A stretch of 64,000 nt of DNA from an uncultured Alphaproteobacteria bacterium. Its GTDB lineage: Bacteria; Pseudomonadota; Alphaproteobacteria; SP197. The translations under genes and the position numbers were made by a program. The DNA is taken from NCBI GenBank assembly GCA_958295695.1, contig OY282363.1, positions 1,037,246 to 1,101,245 of the forward strand. Direction: 5' to 3'. Positions within the stretch are counted from its first letter, which is position 1. The number at the start of each line of letters is the position of its first letter. Shown piece after piece: positions 21,497 to 30,954 of the stretch. The notes under the pieces were generated by a model, which did no database searches, had not been told where the DNA came from, and worked only from the letters and a program-made list of their open reading frames with translations.

Positions 21497-22267
21497 CTAC
21501 GCCCGCCGGCGTGTCCCGATCGCCTCGCCGAACGCCCGGAACAGGGCGCGGTTCACCGGGTTGGTCTGCGGGTCGTGCTCGGCATGCCACTGGACGCCCA
21601 ACGCGAAACCCGGCGCGCCGGCGATGCGGATGGCTTCGATCGTGCCGTCCTCCGCCACGCCCTCGACGACGACGCGGTCCCCCGGCTCCAGGATGCACTG
21701 GCCGTGGAGTGAGTTGACGCGGATCGTCTCCCGGCCGAAAAGCCGCGCGAAGACGCCGCCGGACACGAGACGGACCTCGTGGCGGTCCGCGAAGACGACC
21801 TCCGGATCGGGATGGATTTCCCCGTTCTCCAGCCGCGCCGCCCGGTGGTTCATGCGTCCGGGCAACTCGCATGTTTCCGGATGCAGGGTGCTCCCGAAGG
21901 CGACCGCCATCTCCTGGACGCCGCGGCACAGGCCCAGGATCGGCACGCCTCGCGCGACGCAGGCCCTCGCCACCGGAAGCGCCACCGCGTCCCGGTCCTC
22001 GTCGTAGGGTTCGTGGCTCGGATGGGGTTCGACACCGAAATGGGTCGGATGGACGTTGGCGCGCGCGCCCGTCAGCAGGACGCCGTCGACGGCGTCGAGC
22101 AGCGCCCCGATACCCGTGATGTCGGGCGCGCCCGCGAAGATCAGGGGCAAGGCGCCGGCGACATCCGTCACGGCGGACAGGTTCTTTTCCCCGGCCCACT
22201 GCGCGGCGTATCGATCGCCGAGGAGATATCGGGATCCGATGACGCCGACCAAGGGCTTCGACGTCAT
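21497..22267 (-). CDS. Class I glutamine amidotransferase-like peptidase C26 (gamma-glutamyl-GABA hydrolase PuuD family)
   Basis: 'MTSKPLVGVIG...LLTGARANVHP...VPILGLCRGVQEMAVAFGSTL...VNSLHGQ...GVQWHAE' carries the Cys-His-Glu GATase triad motifs. Confidence 0.7.
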   Translation of the reverse strand: MTSKPLVGVIGSRYLLGDRYAAQWAGEKNLSAVTDVAGALPLIFAGAPDITGIGALLDAVDGVLLTGARANVHPTHFGVEPHPSHEPYDEDRDAVALPVARACVARGVPILGLCRGVQEMAVAFGSTLHPETCELPGRMNHRAARLENGEIHPDPEVVFADRHEVRLVSGGVFARLFGRETIRVNSLHGQCILEPGDRVVVEGVAEDGTIEAIRIAGAPGFALGVQWHAEHDPQTNPVNRALFRAFGEAIGTRRRA

Positions 22268-22641
22268 CGGGTTGGCGCCCTCTCGCACATCGTCCGCACC
22301 GGCCTCCAGACCGCCCCTCCTCGACGCGGTCCCGGCCCGCGCATGGATGGAGGGTCCGCGCCTCCGGGGTCCGCCGGCGGTTCGTAGGGCCGGACGCCTC
22401 CCGTGTCCAGATCCGGGGCGCCATTGTTCGTGGACGCCATCGCCCCGTCCGGCGGAGGACGCGTCGGCGGCCGCGGTCCCTTGGGCCGTCCGCGCAGGAA
22501 ACGGGGTTGGACAGAGCGGAAAAGTGTCCTTTACTCGTCAGGGGTCCCGCCGGTCGAGGTCGGGCCAAGCCCTTGTTCTCGTTGGCGTTCTCCGCTTCGG
22601 TCGGGACCGCCATCCGGTCGGCTGCTGGAGGGAACGGACCG

Positions 22642-23529
22642 ATGAACCGCTACGAAACGCTGATCCGCCGTCTCCGGCGGGGGGAACAGATCGTCATCGA
22701 CGGCGCGACGGGCACCGAGGTGGACCGGCGTGGGGTGCCGCAGCTCGAGAACGCATGGAACGGTGGCGGCGCGCTCAGCCATCCCGAAATCGTGCGGGGG
22801 ATCCACGAGGACTACATCGCCCGCGGCGCCGAGATCGTCATCTCCAACACCTTCGCGACGCACCGCCACGCCCTGCGCGACGCCGGCGTCGCCGACCGCT
22901 TCGAGGACTACAACCGGCGCGGCGTCGAACTGGCGCGCGAGGCCCGCGAACGGTCGGGCCGCGCGGACGTGCTGGTGGCGGGCGGCATGTCCTGCTGGTC
23001 GTGGACCGGGCGGCCTCCGCCGCTCGGGGAGTTGGCGTCGGACGCGAGAGAACAGGCCGCCGTCATGGCCGGGGCCGGGGCCGACCTGCTGATGCTCGAG
23101 ATGATGGTCGACATCGACCGGATGCTCGTGCTGCTGGAGGCGGGCCAGGCCGCCGGCCTTCCGGTCTGGGTCGGCTTCTCGTGCCGGCCGGACGACTCAG
23201 GCTCGGTGCGCCTGTTCAACGGCGAAGCCTTGATCGACGCGCTGGCGGCCCTGGATGGCCGCGACGTGTCCCTGGTCAACATCATGCACACCGAGGTGGA
23301 GCATGTGGACGCCTGCCTCGATGTCCTGGACGGACGCTGGCCCGGGCTCGTCGGCGTTTACGCCCACACCGGCCGCGACGAGGGCGAGCGCTGGATCTTC
23401 GACGACACCATCTCGCCCGAAGACTACGCCGCCGCGGCGCGGCGCTGGCTCGACCGCGGCGTCGCCGCGGTCGGCGGCTGCTGCGGCATCCGGGTCGAGC
23501 ACATCCAGGCGGTGAAGGCGGTCGCGTGA
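22642..23529 (+). CDS. Homocysteine S-methyltransferase family protein (MmuM/BHMT-like)
   Basis: 295 aa. 'IVIDGATGTEVDRRG...', '...EIVISNTFATHRHAL', C-terminal Zn site '...GVAAVGGCCGIRVEHIQAV'. GGAGGGA RBS before ATG 22642. Confidence 0.7.
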   Translation: MNRYETLIRRLRRGEQIVIDGATGTEVDRRGVPQLENAWNGGGALSHPEIVRGIHEDYIARGAEIVISNTFATHRHALRDAGVADRFEDYNRRGVELAREARERSGRADVLVAGGMSCWSWTGRPPPLGELASDAREQAAVMAGAGADLLMLEMMVDIDRMLVLLEAGQAAGLPVWVGFSCRPDDSGSVRLFNGEALIDALAALDGRDVSLVNIMHTEVEHVDACLDVLDGRWPGLVGVYAHTGRDEGERWIFDDTISPEDYAAAARRWLDRGVAAVGGCCGIRVEHIQAVKAVA

Positions 23530-23636
23530 GCCTCGCGCATGGGGCCGTCGGGCTCCGCCGCGAGCGACAGGAAGGTCGGAGCGTTTCCGTGCGAGGCGGA
23601 AACGCCTAGCATCCCCGCGAGACCGGGGAGGGAGCC

Positions 23637-24878
23637 ATGGACTACCGCGACGAGGTCTACTTCGAGGCCCAGCCCGAGCGCGAACAGCCGTTCCCGGACG
23701 AGGAGTTCGCGGCGCGCCTGACGAGGATCCGCGCGGCCATGGCCGAGGCGGAGATCGACTGCCTGTTCCTCAGTTCGCCGGAGAGCCTGTACTACGTCTC
23801 GGGCTACGTCTGCATGTGGTACCACACCGAGAGCCCGATGGAGTGGTCGGCGACCAACGGCATCGCCGTCCACGTGGACCACGACCGCTTCATCCACTTC
23901 GACACCGAGCGCGAGGCCGTCGTGGCCCGCACCTTCTCGTGCTCGAGGGACAGCCGCTACTTCCCCAAGTCGAGCTACCGCGACGGCACGGCCTTCATCG
24001 CCGAGGAGCTCAAGGCCGAGGGCTGGCTCGGAGGCAACGTCGGCCTGGAGATGTACGCCATGCGGCCCAACCGCGCCGTCTCGGACCGCTTCCAGGCGGC
24101 GTTCGAGGCCGCCGGCGCGCGGGTGATCGACGGCAGCCGCATCCTGCGCGAGGTGCGCTGGGTGAAATCTCCGGCCGAGGTCGCGTGCCTCAGGGAGGGC
24201 TGCCGCATCGCGTCGGTCGGGCTGAAGCGGGCGGCCGAGGTGCTGCGCCCCGGCGCGACCGAACTCGAGGTCCAGGGCGAGGTCGTCTGCGCCATGGCCA
24301 AGGCCGGCGGCGAGCCGCAGGCGATGATGATGCCGGTGCTTTCGGGCAAGAAATCGAACGCGGCCCACGCGCTGGCCACCCGGCGCCGGATGCGGGCGGG
24401 CGAGACCGTGGCGATCGACGTGGCGGGCGTCCACAAGCGCTACCACATGAACTGCGCCCGCACCTTCAGCCTCGGCGAGCCGGCGCCGGACGTGAAGGAC
24501 GTCTGCGCCCGTTCGGCCGGCGCGATGGAGGCGGTCCGAGGTTGCCTGCGGCCGAACCTGCCGGTACGGGAGCTCAACGAGAAGGTCAGGGCCTACTACG
24601 AGGAGCAGGACCTGTGGACCAGCCGGGGCTGGATCGGCGGCTACGAGATGGGCGTCGGCTTCCTGTCGGACTGGGTCGGCCACATGGTCTACGACCCGCT
24701 TTCCGAGAAGAACGCCGACCGCCTGTTCGAGCCGGGCACGGCGGTGAACCACGAGATCCAGATCTTCATGCCGCGCCACGCGGGCCAGTTCTTCATGATC
24801 GAGAGCCTGCTGTTCGAGGACGACAAGGCGAGCTTCGCGACGCCCGACGTGCCCTACGACCTGATCGTCGTCGAATAG
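23637..24878 (+). CDS. M24-family metallohydrolase with creatinase-type N-terminal domain (creatinase/ectoine-hydrolase/Xaa-Pro peptidase-like)
   Basis: 413 aa. Creatinase_N 'RLTRIRAAMAEAEIDCLFLSSPESLYYVSGY'. M24 pita-bread core 'GETVAIDVAGVHKRYHMNCARTF...', '...HEIQIFMP...FMIESLLFE' carrying metal-ligand D/H/E positions. Confidence 0.65.
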   Translation: MDYRDEVYFEAQPEREQPFPDEEFAARLTRIRAAMAEAEIDCLFLSSPESLYYVSGYVCMWYHTESPMEWSATNGIAVHVDHDRFIHFDTEREAVVARTFSCSRDSRYFPKSSYRDGTAFIAEELKAEGWLGGNVGLEMYAMRPNRAVSDRFQAAFEAAGARVIDGSRILREVRWVKSPAEVACLREGCRIASVGLKRAAEVLRPGATELEVQGEVVCAMAKAGGEPQAMMMPVLSGKKSNAAHALATRRRMRAGETVAIDVAGVHKRYHMNCARTFSLGEPAPDVKDVCARSAGAMEAVRGCLRPNLPVRELNEKVRAYYEEQDLWTSRGWIGGYEMGVGFLSDWVGHMVYDPLSEKNADRLFEPGTAVNHEIQIFMPRHAGQFFMIESLLFEDDKASFATPDVPYDLIVVE

Positions 24879-24985
24879 GCGGGCGCCGTCGGGCCGCTCG
24901 CGGCCCCACGCGGCGCGGGTTTCGCGCCGCGGCTGAAACCGGACGCGATCCGGTTTAGGATCGCTTGCCAAGGGAGGGTCCGGGC

Positions 24986-26194
24986 ATGGCGACCTGGCTG
25001 AGGGGCGGCAGGCTCTACGATGTCGTCGAGGGCGGCTACCGGGAGGCCGACCTGAAGATCGAGCGGGGCCGCATCGCGGCGATGGGCGGGACCGGCGGCC
25101 CTTCCGCCGACGACCGCGCGATCGACGTCGCGGGAGCGTGTCTCTTCCCGGGCTTCATCGATTGCCACGTGCACCTGTGCATGCCCACCGAGGACGGCAA
25201 CCCCGACGATCCCTGGGGCGGCAAGCTGCCGGGCGAGACGGCCATCTACGCCGCCCAGGCGGCCGAGCGGACCCTGATGGGCGGCGTCACGACGGCCCGC
25301 GACGTGGGCGGCTGGGACTATCACGAGATCGCCGTCAGGAACCTCATCGACCGGGGCAGGCTCAAGGGTCCCCGCCTCTATTGCGCCGGCCGGCTGCTGT
25401 CGGTCACGACCTCGACCATCGCCTACTACCGGGGCATGTACGACGAGGCCAACGGCCCCGACGAGGTCCGCGCCAAGGCCCGCAAGCAGCTCGCCATGGG
25501 CGCCGACCTCATCAAGGTCATGGCGACCGGCGCGATCACCAGCACGGAATACGAGGACGCGCGCGCGATCCAGTACCAGCTCGACGAGCTGAAGGCCGCG
25601 GTCGCCATCGCGGAGGAGAACCGCAAGCACTGCGCGGCCCACGCCCACGCCTGCGACGGCATCCGCAACGCCGCGCTGGCCGGCTGCCGCAGCGTCGAGC
25701 ACGGCAGCTTCGGCGACGAGGACGCCTATGCGCTGATGGCCGAGAAGGGCACGTTCCTGGTGCCCACGGTCTGCGTCCACAGCGCGCTCCTGGCCGACAA
25801 CCGGGCCAGCGCCAACCTCCTGCCCCATATCCGCGAGCGCTACGCCGCGACCGAGGACATCCATCTCGGGAACACCAGGCTCGCCAGCGACATCGGCGTC
25901 AAGATCGCCATGGGCACCGACGCCGGCACGCCCGGCAACCACCACGGCGACAACATGCAGGAGATCGAGCGCATGGTGACCGGCGCGGCGCTGACGCCCC
26001 GGGACGCGATCTTCGCGGCCACCATGGGCGGCGCCCGCCTGCTCGGGCGGGAGGAGGACCTGGGCTCGCTCGCCGTGGGCAAGCTCGCCGACGTCGTGGG
26101 TTTCGCCGCCGATCCGCTGGCGGACATCCACGCCATCCGCGACGTGCGCTTCGTCATGAAGGGCGGCGAGACCGCCCGGAACGACCTCGGCTGA
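24986..26194 (+). CDS. Amidohydrolase-family metal-dependent hydrolase
   Basis: 'ACLFPGFIDCHVHL' (HxH metal motif), '...KVMATGA...', 'HAHACDG', 'MGTDAGTPGNHHGD' (typical TIM-barrel amidohydrolase ligands). Start chosen at MATWLRG (24986). Confidence 0.7.
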   Translation: MATWLRGGRLYDVVEGGYREADLKIERGRIAAMGGTGGPSADDRAIDVAGACLFPGFIDCHVHLCMPTEDGNPDDPWGGKLPGETAIYAAQAAERTLMGGVTTARDVGGWDYHEIAVRNLIDRGRLKGPRLYCAGRLLSVTTSTIAYYRGMYDEANGPDEVRAKARKQLAMGADLIKVMATGAITSTEYEDARAIQYQLDELKAAVAIAEENRKHCAAHAHACDGIRNAALAGCRSVEHGSFGDEDAYALMAEKGTFLVPTVCVHSALLADNRASANLLPHIRERYAATEDIHLGNTRLASDIGVKIAMGTDAGTPGNHHGDNMQEIERMVTGAALTPRDAIFAATMGGARLLGREEDLGSLAVGKLADVVGFAADPLADIHAIRDVRFVMKGGETARNDLG

Positions 26195-26207
26195 GCCGGC
26201 GCGCGCC

Positions 26208-26999
26208 ATGCCCGCCCGCCTGACGGACGCCCAGGTCGCCCGCTACCGCGAGGAGGGCCTCGTCGTTCCCGACTGGCGCCTGCCGGACGATGTGCTGCGG
26301 CGTTTGCGGGCGAACTACGGCCGGCTGATCGCCGCCAACCCCGAGACCGCGGACTTCATGGTGGGCGTCCACATCGCCGATCCCGGGCCGATGGGCGTGA
26401 AGGGCCTGCCGGAGCTCCTGGAGCCGATCCGCCTGCCCGGGATCCTCGACATGGTCGAGCAGGTCGCCGGCCCGGACCTGATCCTGTGGGGCACCACCGT
26501 GTTCGGCAAGCCGGCGGGCCGGGGCAAGGCGACGCCGTGGCACCAGGACGGCGACTACTATCCGATCGAGCCGCTGGAGACGACGACGGTCTGGGTCTCG
26601 CTCGACCGTTCGCACCCCGGAAACGGCTGCATGCGCTACATTCCGGGAAGCCACAAGGCGCGGCGGCTCTTTCCCCACCACTGGAACGGGGATCCCGGCC
26701 TCACGCTCCGGCAGGAGATCGACGCCGGACACGCGCCGGAGGAAGCGGCCCGGGACATCGTGCTGGAGCCCGGCCAGATCTCCATCCACGACGTCTACCT
26801 CGTGCACGGGTCTGCCGCCAACACGTCCGGCGAGCGCCGCGCCGGGCTCGTCTTCCGCATCATGCCGGGGACCAGCCACTACGACCGCGCGCGCGCGACC
26901 GCGAGCCCCAACCCCGGCCACGACTACTCCCGCCGCGCGCTCTTCCTCCTGCGGGGCGCCGACAGGACGGGCCGGAACGATTTCTCGATCGGGCATTGA
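26208..26999 (+). CDS. Phytanoyl-CoA dioxygenase (PhyH) family Fe(II)/2-oxoglutarate oxygenase
   Basis: 263 aa. 'TPWHQDGDYYPIEP' (HxD facial triad), '...IHDVYLVHGSAANTSGERRAGLVFR' (distal His and Arg). Starts 14 bp after the amidohydrolase stop. Confidence 0.7.
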   Translation: MPARLTDAQVARYREEGLVVPDWRLPDDVLRRLRANYGRLIAANPETADFMVGVHIADPGPMGVKGLPELLEPIRLPGILDMVEQVAGPDLILWGTTVFGKPAGRGKATPWHQDGDYYPIEPLETTTVWVSLDRSHPGNGCMRYIPGSHKARRLFPHHWNGDPGLTLRQEIDAGHAPEEAARDIVLEPGQISIHDVYLVHGSAANTSGERRAGLVFRIMPGTSHYDRARATASPNPGHDYSRRALFLLRGADRTGRNDFSIGH

Positions 27000-27107
27000 A
27001 CGCCCGGGTTCGAGCGCATGGCCATACCCCGGCGGTCCGATGCTGTTGGGCGCCCCCGCCCGTTGCTGTACGATCCGCCGACGGGACAACCGAGGGGAGG
27101 GGCCGCC

Positions 27108-28094
27108 ATGACCGCGGGCCGAGGCATGCAGCTCTCGCGCGAGAGGCTTCTGGAAGCCTACCGCTCGATGCGCACCATCCGGGACTTCGAGGAGCGGGTG
27201 CACGAGGAGTTCGAGGCGGGAAACCTGCCGGGCTTCGTCCATCTCTACGCCGGCGAGGAGGCCTCGGCGGTGGGCGTGTGCTCCCACCTCGACGACGGCG
27301 ACCGCATTTGCTCGACCCATCGCGGCCACGGCCACTCCATCGCCAAGGGCTGCGACGTCGAGGGCATGTGGAAGGAGCTCCACGGCTCGTCGGAAGGGCT
27401 ATGCGGCGGCAAGGGCGGGTCCATGCACGTCGCCGACCTCTCCAAGGGCATGATGGGCGCCAACGGCATCGTCGGCGGCGGCCCGCCGCTCGCCCTCGGC
27501 GCCGCCATGGCGGCCAAGACGCTCAAGACCGGCAAGGTCGCGGTGACCTTCACCGGCGACGGCGGCTCGAACCAGGGCACCACCTTCGAGAGCATGAACT
27601 TCGCCTCGGTCTTCCGGCTGCCCGTGCTCTTCGTCTTCGAGAACAACGGCTACGCCGAGGCCACCTCGTCGTCCTGGTCGGTGGCCTGCGGCGACATCGT
27701 CAACCGCGCCCCGGCCTTCGGCATGCCGGGGACTCAGGTCGACGGCTTCGACTTCTTCTCCGTCCACGACGCGGCGGGCGAGGCGGTCGAGCGCGCGCGG
27801 TCGGGCGGCGGGCCGACGCTGATCGAGGTCAGGTTCGGCCGCTTCTACGGCCATCACGAGGGCGACAACCAGTCCTACCGGGCGGCGGGCGAGGTCGACG
27901 CGCTGCGGCGCGACCGCGATTGCCTGAAGATCTTCCGCCGGCGGGTCACGGAGGCCGGCCTCCTGGACGACGCCGGTCTCGACGCCGTCGACGCCGATGT
28001 CGCCGGCCTCATGGACCGCTGCGTCGAGGCCGCCCGCGCCGCGCCCCGGCCGACGCCGGACCAGCTCACCGCCGACGTCTACGTCTCGTACTGA
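27108..28094 (+). CDS. acoA: TPP-dependent 2-oxo-acid/acetoin dehydrogenase E1 alpha subunit
   Basis: 'HLYAGEEASAVGV...CSTHRGHGHSIAKG...GGKGGSMHVAD...GIVGGGPPLALGAAMA...VTFTGDGGSNQGTTFESMNFASVFRLPVLFVFENNGYAE' TPP-binding fold. GAGGGGAGGGG RBS. Confidence 0.8.
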   Translation: MTAGRGMQLSRERLLEAYRSMRTIRDFEERVHEEFEAGNLPGFVHLYAGEEASAVGVCSHLDDGDRICSTHRGHGHSIAKGCDVEGMWKELHGSSEGLCGGKGGSMHVADLSKGMMGANGIVGGGPPLALGAAMAAKTLKTGKVAVTFTGDGGSNQGTTFESMNFASVFRLPVLFVFENNGYAEATSSSWSVACGDIVNRAPAFGMPGTQVDGFDFFSVHDAAGEAVERARSGGGPTLIEVRFGRFYGHHEGDNQSYRAAGEVDALRRDRDCLKIFRRRVTEAGLLDDAGLDAVDADVAGLMDRCVEAARAAPRPTPDQLTADVYVSY

Positions 28095-28107
28095 GGGGGA
28101 GGGCGTC

Positions 28108-29127
28108 ATGGCGCGCGTCATCAGCATGAGGAAGGCCATCAACGAGGCGCTCTTCCAGGTCATGGAGGAGGACCCGACCGTGATCCTGCTGGGCGAGGAC
28201 ATCGCCGGCGGCGAGGGCTCGCCCGGCGATGACGACGCCTGGGGCGGCGACATGGGGATCACCAAGGGCCTGCAGCCGCGCTTCGGCAAGGAGCGGGTCA
28301 TGGATACGCCGATCAGCGAGTCCGCCATCATCGGGACGGCCGTGGGCGCCGCCACGAGCGGGCTGAGGCCCGTGGCCGAGCTCATGTTCGTCGACTTCAT
28401 GGGCGTCTGCTTCGACCAGATCATGAACCAGGCCGCCAAGTTCCGGTACATGTTCGGCGGCAAGGCGCGGACGCCGGTGGTGATCCGCACCCAGATCGGC
28501 GCCGGCTACAACGCCGCGGCCCAGCACAGCCAGTGCCTCTATCCGGTGTTCGCGCATATCCCCGGCATCAAGTGCGTCGTTCCGTCCAGCGCCTACGACG
28601 CCAAGGGCCTCCTGATCCAGGCGGTGCGCGACGACGATCCCGTGATCTTCTTCGAGCACAAGGTGTTGTACGACGAGGTGAGGGACGACGTGCCCGAGGA
28701 GATGTACGCCGTGCCCTTCGGCGAGGCGAACATCGTGCGCGAGGGCTCCGACTGCACGATCGTCGCCATCGCCCGCATGGTGCACAAGGCCGGAGAGGCT
28801 GCGGAGGCGCTGGCCGGGGAGGGCGTCGAGTGCGAGATCGTCGATCCGCGCACGATCTCGCCGCTCGACGAGGACGCCATCCTGGAGAGCGTCGAACAGA
28901 CCGGCCGGCTCGTCGTCGTCGACGAGGCCTACCCGCGCTGCAACATGGCGGCCGACATCGCCGCGCTCGCCGCCCGCGAGGCCTTCGGCGCGCTCCGGGC
29001 GCCGGTCCGGACGGTGTCGCCGCCGCACACGCCGGTGCCCTTCGCGCCGGAGCTGGAGGCCGCCTTCATCCCGAGCGCCGGGAAGATCGCGGACGCCGTG
29101 CGCCGGACCGTGGGCTACGCGGCATGA
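28108..29127 (+). CDS. acoB: 2-oxo-acid/acetoin dehydrogenase E1 beta subunit
   Basis: '...ILLGEDIAGGEG...VMDTPISESAIIGTAVGAATSGLRPVAELMFVDFMGVCFDQIMNQAAKFRYMFGG' transketolase-like pyrimidine-binding and C-terminal domains. GGGGGAGGG RBS. Starts 13 bp after acoA. Confidence 0.82.
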   Translation: MARVISMRKAINEALFQVMEEDPTVILLGEDIAGGEGSPGDDDAWGGDMGITKGLQPRFGKERVMDTPISESAIIGTAVGAATSGLRPVAELMFVDFMGVCFDQIMNQAAKFRYMFGGKARTPVVIRTQIGAGYNAAAQHSQCLYPVFAHIPGIKCVVPSSAYDAKGLLIQAVRDDDPVIFFEHKVLYDEVRDDVPEEMYAVPFGEANIVREGSDCTIVAIARMVHKAGEAAEALAGEGVECEIVDPRTISPLDEDAILESVEQTGRLVVVDEAYPRCNMAADIAALAAREAFGALRAPVRTVSPPHTPVPFAPELEAAFIPSAGKIADAVRRTVGYAA

Positions 29128-30233
29128 CGGGCGGCCGCATCCTCGCCGTCACCGTGCCCAAGTGGGGCATGGCGATGGAGGAGGGCACGGTCACGGCCTG
29201 GCATGTCGAGGAGGGGGCGCCGGTCGCCGAGGGCGACGAGGTGCTCGACGTCGAGTCGACCAAGATCGCCAACGCGATCGAGGCCAGGGCGGGCGGCGTC
29301 CTGCGCCGCCGGGTCGCGGCCGTGGGCGCGACGCTGCCCGTCGGCGGTCTGCTCGCCGTGATCGCGGGGGAGGACGTGAGCGACGAGGAGATCGACGGCT
29401 TCGTCTCCGGCTTCGCCGTCGAGGCCGCCGCGGACGACGCGGGCGAGAGCGGGCCGGCGCTGCGGTTCGCCGACGCCGGCGGACGTCGCATCCGCCACGT
29501 CGCGCACGGCGAGGGAGGCGAACCCCTCGTTCTGGTCCACGGCTTCGGCGGCGACATGAACGCCTGGATGTTCAACCAGGCCGCGCTGGCCGCCGACCGC
29601 GCGGTCCACGCGCTGGACCTTCCCGGCCATGGCGGCTCGTCGAAGGATGTGGGCGACGGCGGGCTCGACGTCCTGGCGTCGGCCGTCGGCGCCGTCATGG
29701 ACGCGGCGGACGCCGCGCGCTGCCATCTGGCCGGCCATTCGCTGGGCGGCGCGGCGGCGCTCCAGGCCGCGCTCGACCGCCCGGAGCGGGCCGCGTCGCT
29801 CACGCTCATCGCGCCCGTCGGCCTCGGCCCGGAGATCGACGGCGGCTACATCGCCGGCTTCGTCGCGGCGCGCCGGCGCAAGGAGATGAAACCCCTGGCG
29901 GAGCGGCTCTTCGCCGATCCCTCCCTCGTGACGCGCGCGTTCGTCGAGGGCCTGCTGCGGTCGAAGCGGATCGACGGCGTCGACGCGGCGCTCGCCGCCA
30001 TCGCGTCCCGGCTCTTCGCGGACGGACGCCAGACGCTCGATCTGGCCGCCCGCGCCTCCGGCCTCGGTCTTCCGGTCCAGGTCCTCTGGGGCGCCGCCGA
30101 CGCGATCGTCCCGGCCGCCCACGCCCGCCGTCTCGAAGGCGCGACGGTCCGCATCCTCGAGGGAGCCGGGCACATGCCCATGATGGAGAAGGCGTCGGAG
30201 GCGAACCGCCTGATCGCCGCCTTCGCGCGCTGA
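29124..30233 (+). CDS. acoC: Dihydrolipoyllysine-residue acetyltransferase-like E2 (AcoC-type: lipoyl domain fused to alpha/beta-hydrolase fold)
   Basis: Lipoyl domain 'AVTVPKWGMAMEEGTVTAWHVEEGAPVAEGDEVLDVESTKIANAIEA'. Alpha/beta-hydrolase fold 'LVLVHGFGGD...', 'LAGHSLGGAAAL', '...GHMPMMEKA'. ATGA overlap with the acoB stop. Confidence 0.75.
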   Translation: MTGGRILAVTVPKWGMAMEEGTVTAWHVEEGAPVAEGDEVLDVESTKIANAIEARAGGVLRRRVAAVGATLPVGGLLAVIAGEDVSDEEIDGFVSGFAVEAAADDAGESGPALRFADAGGRRIRHVAHGEGGEPLVLVHGFGGDMNAWMFNQAALAADRAVHALDLPGHGGSSKDVGDGGLDVLASAVGAVMDAADAARCHLAGHSLGGAAALQAALDRPERAASLTLIAPVGLGPEIDGGYIAGFVAARRRKEMKPLAERLFADPSLVTRAFVEGLLRSKRIDGVDAALAAIASRLFADGRQTLDLAARASGLGLPVQVLWGAADAIVPAAHARRLEGATVRILEGAGHMPMMEKASEANRLIAAFAR

Positions 30234-30314
30234 GACGGCGTCGCCTCGTTCCCGGACGACGATCCCGTCGCCCGCGCCGTCATCGAATCGTCAAGCCGCG
30301 CCGAGGCGGGGAAC

Positions 30315-30390
<76 letters not shown>

Positions 30391-30492
30391 GGATGCTCCG
30401 CGCGCCGGCCGGCCGGCGCGGGTTGGGAACCTATGCGCGGCGCCGGCCGGGCGCAAGCCCCCGCCGCCGCGGCCGGCCGCGGGACGGACCGG

Positions 30493-30795
30493 TCAGGCGT
30501 CCTCGTCCTCTCCGCCGGCGGGCGCGGCGATGGGGACGCCGCCGAGGTCGTCGCCCTCTTCCTCGTCGTCGGAGAAGATCTCGTCGTCCTCGTCGTCCTC
30601 GACCTCGTCGTCGACGTCCGCCGCGCCGTTCTTGACCGCCTTCTTCTCCTCGGCCGCCGTCCGCGTTCCGCGCCCGGCCCCGACCCCGATCGCCGCGCCG
30701 CACGACGGGCATGTCGGAGGCCGCCGCGACATGTCGTAGAACTTGGCGCCACAGCTCTCGCAGAGGCGCTTGGCGCCCCATTCTGCCTTGGGCAA
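30493..30795 (-). CDS. TIGR02300-like zinc-ribbon protein with poly-acidic C-terminal tail
   Basis: '(L)PKAEWGAKRLCESCGAKFYDMSRRPPTCPSCGAAI...' then 'DVDDEVEDDEDDEIFSDDEEEGDDLGG...'. TTG start 7 nt after GGAGGA. Lies upstream of aroA, the position expected for this small conserved alphaproteobacterial protein. The 574-aa ORF containing it is rejected. Confidence 0.55.
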   Translation of the reverse strand: MPKAEWGAKRLCESCGAKFYDMSRRPPTCPSCGAAIGVGAGRGTRTAAEEKKAVKNGAADVDDEVEDDEDDEIFSDDEEEGDDLGGVPIAAPAGGEDEDA

Positions 30796-30954
30796 CGGCG
30801 GGTCCTCCGGTCGGAGCACGGCTCGCGGGCCGGGCGCGCGCATATCGTCCCGCCCGGCCTCTGTCAAAGGGATTTCGACGCCGCCGGACGATCCCGTTCC
30901 GGGGCCTCCGTTCGGCCGTCGCGCGGGCCGGGAGCGCGTGCTAGAAGGCGCGCC

